Numbered from the stretch's first letter, positions 38,278 to 53,300 are shown. The stretch: DNA of 64,000 bases from Eledone cirrhosa (GCA_964016885.1 OZ024743.1:12214001-12278000); one strand, 5' to 3'. Translations and numbers: made by a program. The notes: generated by a model from the letters alone, not told the origin.

Positions 38278-38554
38278 AACCTGACTATACCACACTTTCC
38301 CCACCTAGAGTAGTACATTATCCAATGTGTGCTATATTTTAAAACTTTTAACGTCCTGTACCGCATATAACCGCATTAGCAAGACATTCTTGAAAACAAC
38401 AAAACAGCCCTACGACTACATCACAGTAATATTTCCAGCCATTATTCTAATACTGCAATTCTTCACTGCAACTTTTCCTCTATTAAAAAATAACATAAAC
38501 ATTTGAATTAAATTAACAAACCCGTTTTAAGGAGAGAATCTACTTAGAAGGTCA

Positions 38555-38900
38555 CTGATGTGGATTGACGCAATCGTTAGAACGCCGGACAAAACTATTT
38601 GTGCTATTTGTTCCGGAATTTTACGTTCTAAGTTCGAATCTCACCGAAATCATCTTTGCCGTCATCCTTCTGGATTCGAGAAAATGAAATATAAGTCAAA
38701 GACTGGAAATGATACCCCTCAGAAAAAACCCCCAAAATGCTGGCCGTGTGCCTAAATAAGAAGCCATTATATATATATATGATCTGAGTTCAAATACGGC
38801 CCAGTTTAACTTTGCCTTTCATCCTTACGGAGTCAATAAAATAAAGTACCAGTAATACACTGGAATAATTGTTGGCCTTGTGCCAAAAGTAGAAACAATT
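38555..38900 (+). mobile_element. Diverged SINE followed by a younger 3' SINE fragment (Meta-like)
   Basis: Family motifs at 38560-38770 and 38780-38900. Confidence 0.75.
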
Positions 38901-38958
38901 GTATGTATATATACATACATACAAATACACAGACACACGCACACACACACACACACGC

Positions 38959-39016
<58 letters not shown>

Positions 39017-39127
39017 GTACGTCCATCCCACGCCTCCCAAAACAGGTCGCAGGCCCATCACCAATTTATGCGGCAAAATGGAGACTGTAATATTTTTTTA
39101 ACGCTGAGAGAGAATAAACATCTTTAG

Positions 39128-39213
39128 TTTATATAGAAATAACTTCTATACGACTTGAACTCTTTCATACGAATGAAACAGTTCTAGTCCTGTAAAAATC
39201 ATTTCTGTATAAA
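39128..39213. repeat. Imperfect 41-bp-arm hairpin
   Basis: TTTATATAGAAATAAC...TTTCAT-acga-ATGAAA...TTTCTGTATAAA, about 8 mismatches. Confidence 0.75.
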
Positions 39214-39399
39214 ATGATTATATATATAAACAAAGTTTTCTTGAAGATCGAGTTGTATTAGAATTCATAGAATAATGAGAAGAATTCAGCGCAAGGAAAC
39301 TGTTAAAACAGCAAAATGCTGTCAATGACAGCGTTGGGTAAAATTTACTTCAAAGGACAGAAATCAGCGGCAAGAAGTGTGTTGGCCCGCAGAAATGAT

Positions 39400-39800
39400 A
39401 GGAAGAAAGGAACAAAGGACGAAAATGAACGAGACAAGATCACATATCTTTTACCTCGTCAGCTCTTAGACCAACTGTGGTTTCATGCGATTATATATAA
39501 CTATCAGTTAGATCAATTAGAAAATTTCTGACGAAGAAAAACATCATTCCCACTCATTCCCACTCACTATAACCCAGATCTAGCCCCGTGTGATTTCTAC
39601 CTCATTCCTATGTTGAAAGCAAATGTTGAATGGTCATCATTTTGTGACTCTAGAAAACTCAAAAAAGTGTAACCAACGAGCTAAGGACACTCACAGAAAA
39701 TGACTTCCGGTACAATGGAAAAAACTTTGGAACCACTGTGTGATTTCCAAAGGGTCATATCTTGAAGGAGGTAACTTGTAATTTCATGTACGTCTAATAT
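39400..39800 (+). mobile_element. Mariner transposase 3' remnant
   Basis: YNPDLAPCDFYLIPMLK (YSPDLAPxD motif) and WKKLWNHCVISKGSYLEG in broken frames. Confidence 0.8.
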
Positions 39801-40732
39801 ACCTTTATTAGCAAGACACTTTATTTCACGTTGCTCCAGTTTACTCAGCTGTAGAAATGAGATGATAGGACTGGGTCCCTATCATTAAATCACCCAAGAC
39901 TCCTCCAACGAGATATACCTTGGAGGAGGCCAGCTAAACCTGTATAGGTGTGAGCTGTCTTAATATATCTTTAAATAAAATATCACTACCTTTACTTTTC
40001 AGACAAATCTCGTAAGCAGGTGAGAAAACTAGAAGTGGAGGCTTGCGATCAACATACACGCACACACACACTTACACACAAACACACACACACACACACA
40101 TACATGTGTGTGTGTGTGTATGTATGTTATTGTTTGCTGTTTACCCAGAGAGGGAAAAGCATTGTCCAAAATGTATGTACGTATGTGTGTATGTTGCTTT
40201 ACTATTATGTTCTATTATAATCGGTTTGCAGTTTCTGTCAGACCGTATCAAAATCAACCTTAAATAACATCCGTTATCTTATTTCTATGTATTCTGATAT
40301 GATGTAAATATCAGAAAAGTTAAACACATACAAAAATAAAAAATATATTCTCTAAAGATGTGTCTGGACGAACAATTCCCATGGAACTTTCAAAGCAAAC
40401 TAAAGTCATACGACTTACAGCAATCTTCTTAACGACTTAGAAATAATTTTGAAAATATACGTACGCGTACGCACATTCACATACATATATACACATACGT
40501 ACACACACAGATGTAATTATACGCAAATGCAAACCCACACACATAATATGTATGTGTATGAGTTTGTTTGTGTGAGCGCGCGCGTATGAATATGTCTGTG
40601 TGTGTGTGTGTATGAATATGTCTGTGTTTGTGTGTGAGAGTGTAAATTATTGAAGAGGTAAAAATAACATATTGCCAGCTAGTGATGGTTGGGTATATTT
40701 CTCTTAACATTATTCCTATCATTAATTGTAGT

Positions 40733-40912
40733 GTGGATTGGCAGTATCGGTAGAGGGTCGGACGCCGTGCTTTCCAGCATAGTTACGTCCCTTTACGATC
40801 TGAGTTCAAATCCCGCCGAGGTTGACTTTGCCTTTCATCCTTACGGGGTCGATAAAATAAAGTACCAGTAATGCACTGGGTAATTGCTGGCCTTGTGCCA
40901 AAAGTAGAAACA
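40733..40912 (+). mobile_element. Young SINE (Meta-like) with 12-bp TSD
   Basis: TSD ATTAATTGTAGT at 40721-40732 and 40913-40924. Confidence 0.92.
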
Positions 40913-40919
40913 ATTAATT

Positions 40920-41069
40920 GTAGTAGTAGTAGTAGTGGTGGTGGTGGTGGTGGTGGTGGTGGTGATGGTGGTGGTGGTGGTGGTGGCGGCGGCGGCGGTG
41001 GTAGTAGTAGTAGTAGTAGTAGTACTAGTAGTAGTAGTAGTGGTAGTGGTGGTGGTGGTGGTAGTAGTG

Positions 41070-41107
<38 letters not shown>

Positions 41108-41172
41108 GGTAGTAGTAATAGTAGTAGTGGTGGTAGTAGTAATAGTAGTGTTGGTGGTGGTGGTAGTAGTAG
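40920..41172. repeat. Compound (AGT)n/(GGT)n microsatellite
   Basis: Seen directly in the sequence. Confidence 0.97.
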
Positions 41173-41319
41173 AACTTAATTATTGATGTTGAGTTGCCTG
41201 AGGTTAAACGAGATACAGCAGATGTATTGTTTTCGGTGTTTTTGTTGGTAATGGTGTATTTAGTGATATGTGTGACAATTTATATATTACTAAACTTGTT
41301 GTTGATGGTAGTGTGGGTG

Positions 41320-44300
41320 GGTGATTGTGTTGATGATGGGGGTGGCTGCAGTTTTGGTGGTGGTGATGGTTGTGTTGATGATGGTGATGATGGGGGTGGC
41401 TGCAGTTTTGGTGGTGGTGGTGGTTGTGTTGATGATGGTGATGATGGGGGGTGGCTGTAGTTTTGGTGGTGGTGATGGTTGTGTTGATGATGGTGATGAT
41501 GGGGGTGGCTGCAGTTTTGGTGGTGGTGATGGTTGTGTTGATGATGGTGATGATGGGGGTGGCTGCAGTTTTGGTGGTGGTGATGGTTGTGTTGATGATG
41601 GTGATGATGGGGGGTGGCTGTAGTTTTGGTGGTGGTGATGGTTGTGTTGATGATGGTGATGATGGGGGGGTGGCTGCAGTTTTGGTGGTGGTGATGGTTG
41701 TGTTGATGATGGTGATGATTGAGGGTGGCTGCAGTTTTGGTGGTGGTGGTGGTTGTGGGGTGGTTGTGTTGATGATGGTGATGATGGAGGGTGGCTGCAG
41801 TTTTCGTGGTGGTGATGGTTGTGTTGATGATGGTGATGATGGGGGGTGGCTGCAGTTTTGGTGGTGGTGATGATGGTTATGATGGGGGGTGGCTGCAGTT
41901 TTAGTGGTGGTGATGGTTGTGTTGATGATGGTGATGATGGGGGGTGGCTGCGGTTTTGGTGGTGGTGATGGTTGTGTTGATGATGGTGATGATGGGGGGT
42001 GGCTGCAGTTTTGGTGGTGGTGGTGGTTGTGTTGATGATGGGGGGTGGCTGCAGTTTTGGTGGTGGTGGTGGTTTTGTTGATGATGGGGGGTGGCTGCAG
42101 TTTTGGTGGTGGTGGTGGTTGTGGGATGGTTGTGTTGATGATGGTGATGATGGGGGTGGCTGCAGTTTTGGTGGTGGTGGTGGTTGTGTTGATGATGGTG
42201 ATGATGGGGGGTGGCTGCAGTTTTGGTGGTGGTGATGGTTGTGGGGTGGTTGTTGGTGGTGGTGGTGGTTGTGTTGATGATGGTGATGATGGGGGGTGGC
42301 TGCAGTTTTGGTGGTGGTGATGGTTGTGGGGTGGTTGTTGGTGGTGGTGGTGGTTGTGTTGATGATGCTGATGATGGGGGGTGGCTGCAGTTTTGGTGGT
42401 GGTGATGGTTGTGTTGATGATGGTGATGATGGGGGGTGGCTGCAGTTTTGGTGGTGGTGGTGGTTGTGTTGATGATGCTGATGATGGGGGGGTGGCTGCA
42501 GTTTTGGTGGTGGTGGTGGTGGTTGTGTTGATGATGGTGATGATGGGGGGTGGCTGCAGTTTTGGTGGTGGTGGTTGTGGGGTGGTTGTGTTGATGATGG
42601 TGATGATGGGGGTGGCTGCAGTTTTGGTGGTGGTGATGGTTGTGGGGTGGTTGTGTTGATGATGGTGATGATGGAGGGTGGCTGCAGTTTTGGTGATGGT
42701 GGTGGTTGTGTTGATGATGGTGATGATGGGGGGTGGCTGCAGTTTTGGTGGTGGTGATGGTTGTGGGGTGGTTGTGTTGATGATGGTGATGATGGAGGGT
42801 GGCTGCAGTTTTGGTGATGGTGGTGGTTGTGTTGATGATGGTGATGATGGGGGGTACTGCAGTTTTGGTGATGGTGGTGGTTGTGTTGATGATGGTGATG
42901 ATGGGGGGTGGCTGCAGTTTTGGTGATGGTGGTGGTTGTGTTGATGATGGTGATGATGGGGGGTGACTGCAGTTTTGGTGGTGGTGATGGTTGTGGGGTG
43001 GTTGTGTTGATGATGGTGATGATGGAGGGTGGCTGCAGTTTTGGTGATGGTGGTGGTTGTGTTGATGATGCTGATGATGGGGGGTGGCTGCAGTTTTGGT
43101 GATGGTGGTGGTTGTGTTGATGATGCTGATGATGGGGGGTGGCTGCAGTTTTGGTGGTGGTGATGGTTGTGGGTGGTTGTGTTGATGATGGTGATGATGG
43201 AGGGTGGCTGCAGTTTTGGTGATGGTGGTGGTTGTGTTGATGATAGTGATGATGGGGGGTGGCTGTAGTTTTGGTGGTGGTGGTGGTTGTGGGTGGTTGT
43301 GTTGATGATGGTGATGATGGAGGGTGGCTGCAGTTTTGGTGATGGTGGTGGTTGTGTTGATGATGCTGATGATGGGGGGTGGCTGCAGTTTTGGTGGTGG
43401 TGATGGTTGTGGGTGGTTGTGTTGATGATGGTGATGATGGAGGGTGGCTGCAGTTTTGGTGATGATGATGGTTGTGTTGATTATGGTGATGATGGGGTGG
43501 GGCTGCAGTTTTGGTGGTGGTGATGGTTGTGTTGATGATGGTGATGATGGGGGGTGGCTGCAGTTTTGGTGGTGGTGATGATTGTGGGGTGGTTGTGTTG
43601 ATGATGGTGATGATGGAGGGTGGCTGCAGTTTTGGTGATGGTGGTGGTTGTGTTGATGATGGTGATGATGGGGGGTGGCTGCAGTTTTGGTGGTGGTGAT
43701 GGTTGTGGGGTGGTTGTGTTGATGATGGTGATGATGGAGGGTGGCTGCAGTTTTGGTGATGGTGGTGGTTGTGTTGATGATGGTGATGATGGAGGGTGGC
43801 TGCAGTTTTGGTGATGGTGGTGGTTGTGTTGATGATGGTGATGATGTGGTGGTGGTGGTTGTGGGTGGTTGTGTTGATGATGGTGATGATGGAGGGTGGC
43901 TGCAGTTTTGGTGATGGTGGTGGTTGTGTTGATGATGCTGATGATGGAGGGTGGCTGCAGTTTTGGTGATGGTGGTGGTTGTGTTGATGATGGTGATGAT
44001 GTGGTGGTGGTGGTTGTGGGTGGTTGTGTTGATGATGGTGATGATGGAGGGTGGCTGCAGTTTTGGTGATGGTGGTGGTTGTGTTGATGATGCTGATGAT
44101 GGAGGGTGGCTGCAGTTTTGGTGATGGTGGTGGTTGTGTTGATGATGGTGATGATGTGGTGGTGGTGGTTGTGGGTGGTTGTGTTGATGATGGTGATGAT
44201 GGAGGGTGGCTGCAGTTTTGGTGATGGTGGTGGTTGTGTTGATGATAGTGATGATGGGGGGTGGCTGTAGTTTTGGTGGTGGTGGTGGTTGTGTTGATGA

Positions 44301-47300
44301 TGGTGATGATGGGGGGTGGCTGCAGTTTTGGTGGTGGTGGTGGTTGTGTTGATGATGGTTATGATGGGGGGTGGCTGTAGTTTTGGTGGTGGTGATGGTT
44401 GTGTTGATGATGGTGATGATGGGGGGTGGCTGCAGTTTTGGTGATGGTGATGGTTGTGTTGATGATGGTGATGATGGGGGGTGGCTGCAGTTTTGGTGGT
44501 GGTGATGGTTGTGGGTGGTTGTGTTGATGATGGTGATGATGGAGGGTGGCTGCAGTTTTGGTGATGGTGGTGGTTGTGTTGATGATGCTGATGATGGGGG
44601 GTGGCTGCAGTTTTGGTGGTGGTGATGGTTGTGGGTGGTTGTGTTGATGATGGTGATGATGGAGGGTGGCTGCAGTTTTGGTGATGGTGGTGGTTGTGTT
44701 GATGATGCTGATGATGGGGGGTGGCTGCAGTTTTGGTGGTGGTGATGGTTGTGGGTGGTTGTGTTGATGATGGTGATGATGGAGGGTGGCTGCAGTTTTG
44801 GTGATGGTGGTGGTTGTGTTGATGATAGTGATGATGGGGGGTGGCTGTAGTTTTGGTGGTGGTGGTGGTTGTGTTGATGATGGTGATGATGGGGGGTGGC
44901 TGCAGTTTTGGTGGTGGTGGTGGTTGTGTTGATGATGGTTATGATGGGGGGTGGCTGTAGTTTTGGTGGTGGTGATGGTTGTGTTGATGATGGTGATGAT
45001 GGGGGGTGGCTGCAGTTTTGGTGATGGTGATGGTTGTGTTGATGATGGTGATGATGGGGGGTGGCTGCAGTTTTGATGATGGTGGTGGTTGTGTTGATGA
45101 TGGGGGGTGGCTGCAGTTTTTGTGGTGGTGGTGGTTGTGTTGATGATGGTGATGATGGGGGGTGGCTGCAGTTTTGATGATGGTGGTGGTTGTGTTGATG
45201 ATGGGGGGTGGCTGCAGTTTTGGTGGTGGTGGTGGTTGTGGGTTGGTTGTGTTGATGATGGGGGGTGGCTGCAGTTTTGGTGGTGGTGGTGGTTGTGTTG
45301 ATGATGGTGATGATGGGGGGTGGCTGCAGTTTTGGTGGTGGTGGTGGTTGTGTTGATGATGGAGATGATGGGGGGTGGCTGCAGTTTTGATGATGGTGGT
45401 GGTTGTGTTGATGATGGTGATGATGGGGGGTGGCTGCAGTTTTGGTGGTGGTGATGGTTGTGTTGATGATGGTGATGATGGGGGGTGGCTGCAGTTTTGG
45501 TGATGGTGGTGGTTGTGTTGATGATGGTGATGATGGGGGTGGCTGCAGTTTTGATGATGGTGGTGGTGGTGTTGATGATGGTGGTGGTTGTGTTGATGAT
45601 GGTGATGATGGGGGGTGGCTGCGGTTTTGGTGGTGGTGATGGTTGTGTTGATGATGGGGGGTGGCTGCAGTTTTGGTGATGGTGATGGTTGTGGGGTGGT
45701 TGTGTTGATGATGGTGATGATGGAGGGTGGCTGCAGTTTTGGTGATGGTGGTGGTTGTGTTGATGATGGTGATGATGGGGGGTGGCTGCAGTTTTGGTGG
45801 TGGTGATGGTTGTGTTGATTATGGTGATGATGGGGGGTGGCTGCAGTTTTGGTGGTGGTGGTGGTTGTGTTGATGATAGTGATGATGGGGTGGGGCTGCA
45901 GTTTTGGTGGTGGTGATGGTTGTGTTGATGATGGTGATGATGGGGGGTGGCTGCAGTTTTGGTGGTGGTGATGATTGTGGGGTGGTTGTGTTGATGATGG
46001 TGATGATGGAGGGTGGCTGCAGTTTTGGTGATGGTGGTGGTTGTGTTGATGATGGTGATGATGGGGGGTGGCTGCAGTTTTGGTGGTGGTGATGGTTGTG
46101 GGGTGGTTGTGTTGATGATGGTGATGATGGAGGGTGGGTGCAGTTTTGGTGGTGGTGATGGTTGTGTTGATGATGGTGATGATGGAGGGTGGCTGCAGTT
46201 TTGGTGATGGTGGTGGTTGTGTTGATGATGGTGATGATGGGGGGTGGCTGCAGTTTTGGTGGTGGTGATGGTTGTGTTGATGATGGTGATGATGGGGGGT
46301 GGCTGCAGTTTTGGTGGTGGTGATGGTTGTGGGGTGGTTGTGTTGATGATGGTGATGATGGAGGGTGGCTGCAGTTTTGGTGATGGTGGTGGTTGTGTTG
46401 ATGATGGTGATGATGGGGGGTGGCTGCAGTTTTGGTGGTGGTGATGGTTGTGGGGTGGTTGTGTTGATGATGGTGATGATGGAGGGTGGCTGCAGTTTTG
46501 GTGATGGTGGTGGTTGTGTTGATGATGGTAATGATGGAGGGTGGCTGCAGTTTTGGTGATGGTGGTGGTTGTGTTGATGATGGTGATGATGGGGGGTGGC
46601 TGCAGTTTTGGTGGTGGTGGTGGTTGTGTTGATGATAGTGATGATGGGGGGTGGCTGCAGTTTTGGTGGTGGTGATGGTTGTGTTGATGATGGTGATGAT
46701 GGGGGGTGGCTGCAGTTTTGGTGGTGGTGATGGTTGTGTTGATGATGGTGATGATGGGGGGTGGCTGCAGTTTTGGTGGTGGTGATGGTTGTGTTGATGA
46801 TGGTGATGATGGGGGGTGGCTGCAGTTTTGATGATGGTGGTGGTTGTGTTGATGATGGTGATGATGGGGGGTGGCTGCAGTTTTGGTGGTGGTGGTGGTT
46901 GTGTTGATGATAGTGATGATGGGGGGTGGCTGCAGTTTTGGTGGTGGTGATGGTTGTGTTGATGATGGTGATGATGGGGGGTGGCTGCAGTTTTGGTGAT
47001 GGTGGTGGTTGTGTTGATGATGGTGATGATGGGGGGTGGCTGCAGTTTTGGTGGTGGTGGTGGTTGTGTTGATGATGGTGATGATGGGGGGTGGCTGCAG
47101 TTTTGGTGATGGTGGTGGTTGTGTTGATGATGGTGATGATGGGGGGTGGCTGCAGTTTTGGTGGTGGTGGTGGTTGTGTTGATGATAGTGATGATGGGGG
47201 GTGGCTGCAGTTTTGGTGGTGGTGATGGTTGTGTTGATGATGGTGATGATGGGGGGTGGCTGCAGTTTTGGTGGTGGTGATGGTTGTGTTGATGATGGTG

Positions 47301-50300
47301 ATGATGGGGGGTGGCTGCAGTTTTGATGATGGTGGTGGTTGTGTTGATGATGGGGGGTGGCTTCCGTTTTGGTGGTGGTGGTGGTGGTGGTTGTGGGTTG
47401 GTTGTGTTGATGATGGTGATGATGGAGGGTGGCTGCAGTTTTGGTGATGGTGGTGGTTGTGTTGATGATGGTGATGATGGGGGGTGGCTGCAGTTTTGGC
47501 GGTGGTGGTGGTGGTTGTGTTGATGATGGTGATGATGGGGGGTGGCTGCAGTTTTGGTGGTGGTGGTGGTTGTGTTGATGATGGTGATGATGGGGGGTGG
47601 CTGCAGTTTTGGTGATGGTGGTGGTTGTGTTGATGATAGTGATGATGGGGGGTGGCTGCAGTTTTGGTGGTGGTGGTGGTGGTTGTGTTGATGATGGTGA
47701 TGATGGGGGGTGGCTGCAGTTTTGGTGGTGGTGGTGGTTGTGTTGATGATGGTGATGATGGGGGGTGGCTGCAGTTTTGATGATGGGGGTGGTTGTGTTG
47801 ATGATGGTGATGATGGGGGGTGGCTGCAGTTTTGGTGGTGGTGATGGTTGTGTTGATGATGGTGATGATGGGGGGTGGCTGCAGTTTTGGTGGTGGTGAT
47901 GGTTGTGTTGATGATGGTGATGATGGGGGGTGGCTGCAGTTTTGGTGGTGGTGGTGGTTGTGTTGATGATGGTGATGATGGGGGGTGGCTGCAGTTTTGA
48001 TGATGGTGGTGGTTGTGTTGATGATGGTGATGATGGGGGGTGGCTGCAGTTTTGGTGATGGTGGTGGTTGTGTTGATGATGGTGATGATGGGGGGTGGCT
48101 GCCGTTTTGGTGGTGGTGATGGTTGTGGGGTGGTTGTGTTGATGATGGTGATGATGGAGGGTGGCTGCAGTTTTGGTGATGGTGGTGGTTGTGTTGATGA
48201 TGGTGATGATGGGGGGTGGCTGCAGTTTTGGTGGTGGTGATGGTTGTGGGGTGGTTGTGTTGATGATGGTGATGATGGAGGGTGGCTGCAGTTTTGGTGA
48301 TGGTGGTGGTTGTGTTGATGATGGTGATGATGGGGGGTGGCTGCAGTTTTGGTGGTGGTGATGGTTGTGGGGTGGTTGTGTTGATGATGGTGATGATGGA
48401 GGGTGGCTGCAGTTTTGGTGATGGTGGTGGTTGTGTTGATGATGGTGATGATGGGGGGTGGCTGCAGTTTTGGTGGTGGTGATGGTTGTGTTGATGATGG
48501 TGATGATGGGGGGTGGCTGCAGTTTTGGTGGTGGTGATGGTTGTGGGGTGGTTGTATTGATGATGGTGATGATGGAGGGTGGCTGCAGTTTTGGTGATGG
48601 TGGTGGTTGTGTTGATGATGGTGATGATGGGGGGTGGCTGCAGTTTTGGTGGTGGTGATAGTTGTGGGGTGGTTGTGTTGATGATGGTGATGATGGAGGG
48701 TGGGTGCAGTTTTGGTGGTGGTGATGGTTGTGTTGATGATGGTGATGATGGAGGGTGGCTGCAGTTTTGGTGATGGTGGTGGTTGTGTTGATGATGGTGA
48801 TGATGGGGGGTGGCTGCAGTTTTGGTGGTGGTGATGGTTGTGTTGATGATAGTGATGATGGGGGGTGGCTGCAGTTTTGGTGATGGTGGTGGTTGTGTTG
48901 ATGATGGTGATGATGGGGGGTGGCTGCAGTTTTGGTGGTGGTGATGGTTGTGGGGTGGCTGTGTTGATGATGGTGATGATGGAGGGTGGCTGCAGTTTTG
49001 GTGATGGTGGTGGTTGTGTTGATGATGGTGATGATGGGGGGTGGCTGCAGTTTTGGTGGTGGTGATGGTTGTGGGGTGGTTGTGTTGATGATGGTGATGA
49101 TGGAGGGTGGCTGCAGTTTTGGTGATGGTGGTGGTTGTGTTGATGATAGTGATGATGGGGGGTGGCTGCAGTTTTGGTGGTGGTGATGGTTGTGGGGTGG
49201 TTGTGTTGATGATGGTGATGATGGGGGGTGGCTGCAGTTTTGGTGGTGGTGATGGTTGTGGGGTGGTTGTGTTGATGATGGTGATGATGGGGGGTGGCTG
49301 CAGTTTTGGTGGTGGTGATGGTTGTGGGGTGGTTGTGTTGATGATGGTGATGATGGGGGGTGGCTGCAGTTTTGGTGGTGGTGATGGTTGTGGGGTGGTT
49401 GTGTTGATGATGGTGATGATGGAGGGTGGCTGCAGTTTTGGTGATGGTGGTGGTTGTGTTGATGATGGTGATGATGGGGGGTGGCTGCAGTTTTGGTGGT
49501 GGTGATGGTTGTGGGGTGGTTGTGTTGATGATGGTGATGATGGAGGGTGGCTGCAGTTTTGGTGATGGTGGTGGTTGTGTTGATGATAGTGATGATGGGG
49601 GGTGGCTGCAGTTTTGGTGATGGTGGTGGTTGTGTTGATGATGGTGATGATGGGGGGTGGCTGCAGTTTTGGTGGTGGTGATGGTTGTGCGGTGGTTGTG
49701 TTGATGATGGTGATGATGGAGGGTGGCTGCAGTTTTGGTGATGGTGGTGGTTGTGTTGATGATAGTGATGATGGGGGGTGGCTGCAGTTTTGGTGGTGGT
49801 GATGGTTGTGTTGATGATGGTGATGATGGGGGGTGGCTGCAGTTTTGATGATGGTGGTGGTTGTGTTGATGATGGGGGGTGGCTGCCGTTTTGGTGGTGG
49901 TGGTGGTGGTGGTTGTGGGTTGGTTGTGTTGATGATGGTGATGATGGCGGGTGGCTGCAGTTTTGGTGATGGTGGTGGTTGTGTTGATGATGGTGATGAT
50001 GGGGGGTGGCTGCAGTTTTGGTGGTGGTGGTGGTTGTGTTGATGATGATGATGATGGGGGGTGGCTGCAGTTTTGGTGGTGGTGGTGGTTGTGTTGATGA
50101 TGGTGATGATGGGGGGTGGCTGCAGTTTTGATGATGGTGGTGGTTGTGTTGATGATGGTGATGATGGGGGGTGGCTGCAGTTTTGGTGGTGGTGATGGTT
50201 GTGTTGATGATGGTGATGATGGGGGGTGGCTGCAGTTTTGGTGGTGGTGATGGTTGTGTTGATGATGGTGATGATGGGGGGTGGCTGCAGTTTTGGTGGT

Positions 50301-53300
50301 GGTGGTGGTTGTGTTGATGATGGTGATGATGGGGGGTGGCTGCCGTTTTGGTGGTGGTGATGGTTGTGGGGTGGTTGTGTTGATGATGGTGATGATGGAG
50401 GGTGGCTGCAGTTTTGGTGATGGTGGTGGTTGTGTTGATGATGGTGATGATGGGGGGTGGCTGCAGTTTTGGTGGTGGTGATGGTTGTGGGGTGGTTGTG
50501 TTGATGATGGTGATGATGGAGGGTGGCTGCAGTTTTGGTGATGGTGGTGGTTGTGTTGATGATGGTGATGATGGGGGGTGGCTGCAGTTTTGGTGGTGGT
50601 GATGGTTGTGTTGATGATGGTGATGATGGGGGGTGGCTGCAGTTTTGGTGGTGGTGGTGGTGGTTGTGTTGATGATAGTGATGATGGGGGGTGGCTGCAG
50701 TTTTGGTGGTGGTGATGGTTGTGTTGATGATGGTGATGATGGGGGGTGGCTGCAGTTTTGGTGGTGGTGATGGTTGTGTTGATGATGGTGATGATGGAGG
50801 GTGGCTGCAGTTTTGGTGATGGTGGTGGTTGTGTTGATGATGGTGATGATGGGGGGTGGCTGCAGTTTTGGTGATGTTGGTGGTTGTGTTGATGATGGTG
50901 ATAATGGGGGGTGGCTGCAGTTTTGGTGGTGGTGATGGTTGTGGGGTGGTTGTGTTGATGATGGTGATGATGGAGGGTGGCTGCAGTTTTGGTGATGGTG
51001 GTGGTTGTGTTGATGATGGTGATGATGGGGGGTGGCTGCAGTTTTGGTGGTGGTGATGGTTGTGGGGTGGTTGTGTTGATGATGGTGATGATGGAGGGTG
51101 GCTGCAGTTTTGGTGATGGTGGTGGTTGTGTTGATGATGGTGATGATGGGGGGTGGCTGCAGTTTTGGTGGTGGTGATGGTTGTGGGGTGGTTGTGTTGA
51201 TGATGGTGATGATGGAGGGTGGCTGCAGTTTTGGTGATGGTGGTGGTTGTGTTGATGATGGTGATGATGGGGGGTGGCTGCAGTTTTGGTGGTGGTGATG
51301 GTTGTGTTGATGATGGTGATGATGGGGGGTGGCTGCAGTTTTGGTGGTGGTGATGGTTGTGGGCTGGTTGTGTTGATGATGGTGATGATGGAGGGTGGCT
51401 GCAGTTTTGGTGATGGTGGTGGTTGTGTTGATGATGGTGATGATGGGGGGTGGCTGCAGTTTTGGTGGTGGTGATAGTTGTGGGGTGGTTGTGTTGATGA
51501 TGGTGATGATGGAGGGTGGGTGCAGTTTTGGTGGTGGTGATGGTTGTGTTGATGATGGTAATGATGGAGGGTGGCTGCAGTTTTGGTGATGGTGGTGGTT
51601 GTGTTGATGATGGTGATGATGGGGGGTGGCTGCAGTTTTGGTGGTGGTGATGGTTGTGTTGATGATGGTGATGATGGGGGGTGGCTGCAGTTTTGGTGGT
51701 GGTGATGGTTGTGGGGTGGTTGTGTTGATGATGGTGATGATGGAGGGTGGCTGCAGTTTTGGTGATGGTGGTGGTTGTGTTGATGATGGTGATGATGGGG
51801 GGTGGCTGCAGTTTTGGTGGTGGTGATGGTTGTGGGGTGGTTGTGTTGATGATGGTGATGATGGAGGGTGGCTGCAGTTTTGGTGATGGTGGTGGTTGTG
51901 TTGATGATAGTGATGATGGGGGGGTGGCTGCAGTTTTGGTGATGGTGGTGGTTGTGTTGATGATGGTGATGATGGGGGGTGGCTGCAGTTTTGGTGGTGG
52001 TGATGGTTGTGCGGTGGTTGTGTTGATGATGGTGATGATGGAGGGTGGCTGCAGTTTTGGTGATGGTGGTGGTTGTGTTGATGATAGTGATGATGGGGGG
52101 TGGCTGCAGTTTTGGTGGTGGTGATGGTTGTGTTGATGATGGTGATGATGGGGGGTGGCTGCAGTTTTGATGATGGTGGTGGTTGTGTTGATGATGGGGG
52201 GTGGCTGCCGTTTTGGTGGTGGTGGTGGTGGTGGTTGTGGGTTGGTTGTGTTGATGATGGTGATGATGGAGGGTGGCTGCAGTTTTGGTGATGGTGGTGG
52301 TTGTGTTGATGATGGTGATGATGGGGGGTGGCTGCAGTTTTGGTGGTGGTGGTGGTTGTGTTGATGATGATGATGATGGGGGGTGGCTGCAGTTTTGGTG
52401 GTGGTGGTGGTTGTGTTGATGATGGTGATGATGGGGGGTGGCTGCAGTTTTGATGATGGTGGTGGTTGTGTTGATGATGGTGATGATGGGGGGTGGCTGC
52501 AGTTTTGGTGGTGGTGATGGTTGTGTTGATGATGGTGATGATGGGGGGTGGCTGCAGTTTTGGTGGTGGTGATGGTTGTGTTGATGATGGTGATGATGGG
52601 GGGTGGCTGCAGTTTTGGTGGTGGTGGTGGTTGTGTTGATGATGGTGATGATGGGGGGTGGCTGCAGTTTTGATGATGGTGGTGGTTGTGTTGATGATGG
52701 TGATGATGGGGGGTGGCTGCAGTTTTGGTGATGGTGGTGGTTGTGTTGATGATGGTGATGATGGGGGGTGGCTGCCGTTTTGGTGGTGGTGATGGTTGTG
52801 GGGTGGTTGTGTTGATGATGGTGATGATGGAGGGTGGCTGCAGTTTTGGTGATGGTGGTGGTTGTGTTGATGATGGTGATGATGGGGGGTGGCTGCAGTT
52901 TTGGTGGTGGTGATGGTTGTGGGGTGGTTGTGTTGATGATGGTGATGATGGAGGGTGGCTGCAGTTTTGGTGATGGTGGTGGTTGTGTTGATGATGGTGA
53001 TGATGGGGGGTGGCTGCAGTTTTGGTGGTGGTGATGGTTGTGTTGATGATGGTGATGATGGGGGGTGGCTGCAGTTTTGGTGGTGGTGGTGGTGGTTGTG
53101 TTGATGATAGTGATGATGGGGGGTGGCTGCAGTTTTGGTGGTGGTGATGGTTGTGTTGATGATGGTGATGATGGGGGGTGGCTGCAGTTTTGGTGGTGGT
53201 GATGGTTGTGGGGTGGTTGTGTTGATGATGGTGATGATGGAGGGTGGCTGCAGTTTTGGTGATGGTGGTGGTTGTGTTGATGATAGTGATGATGGGGGGT

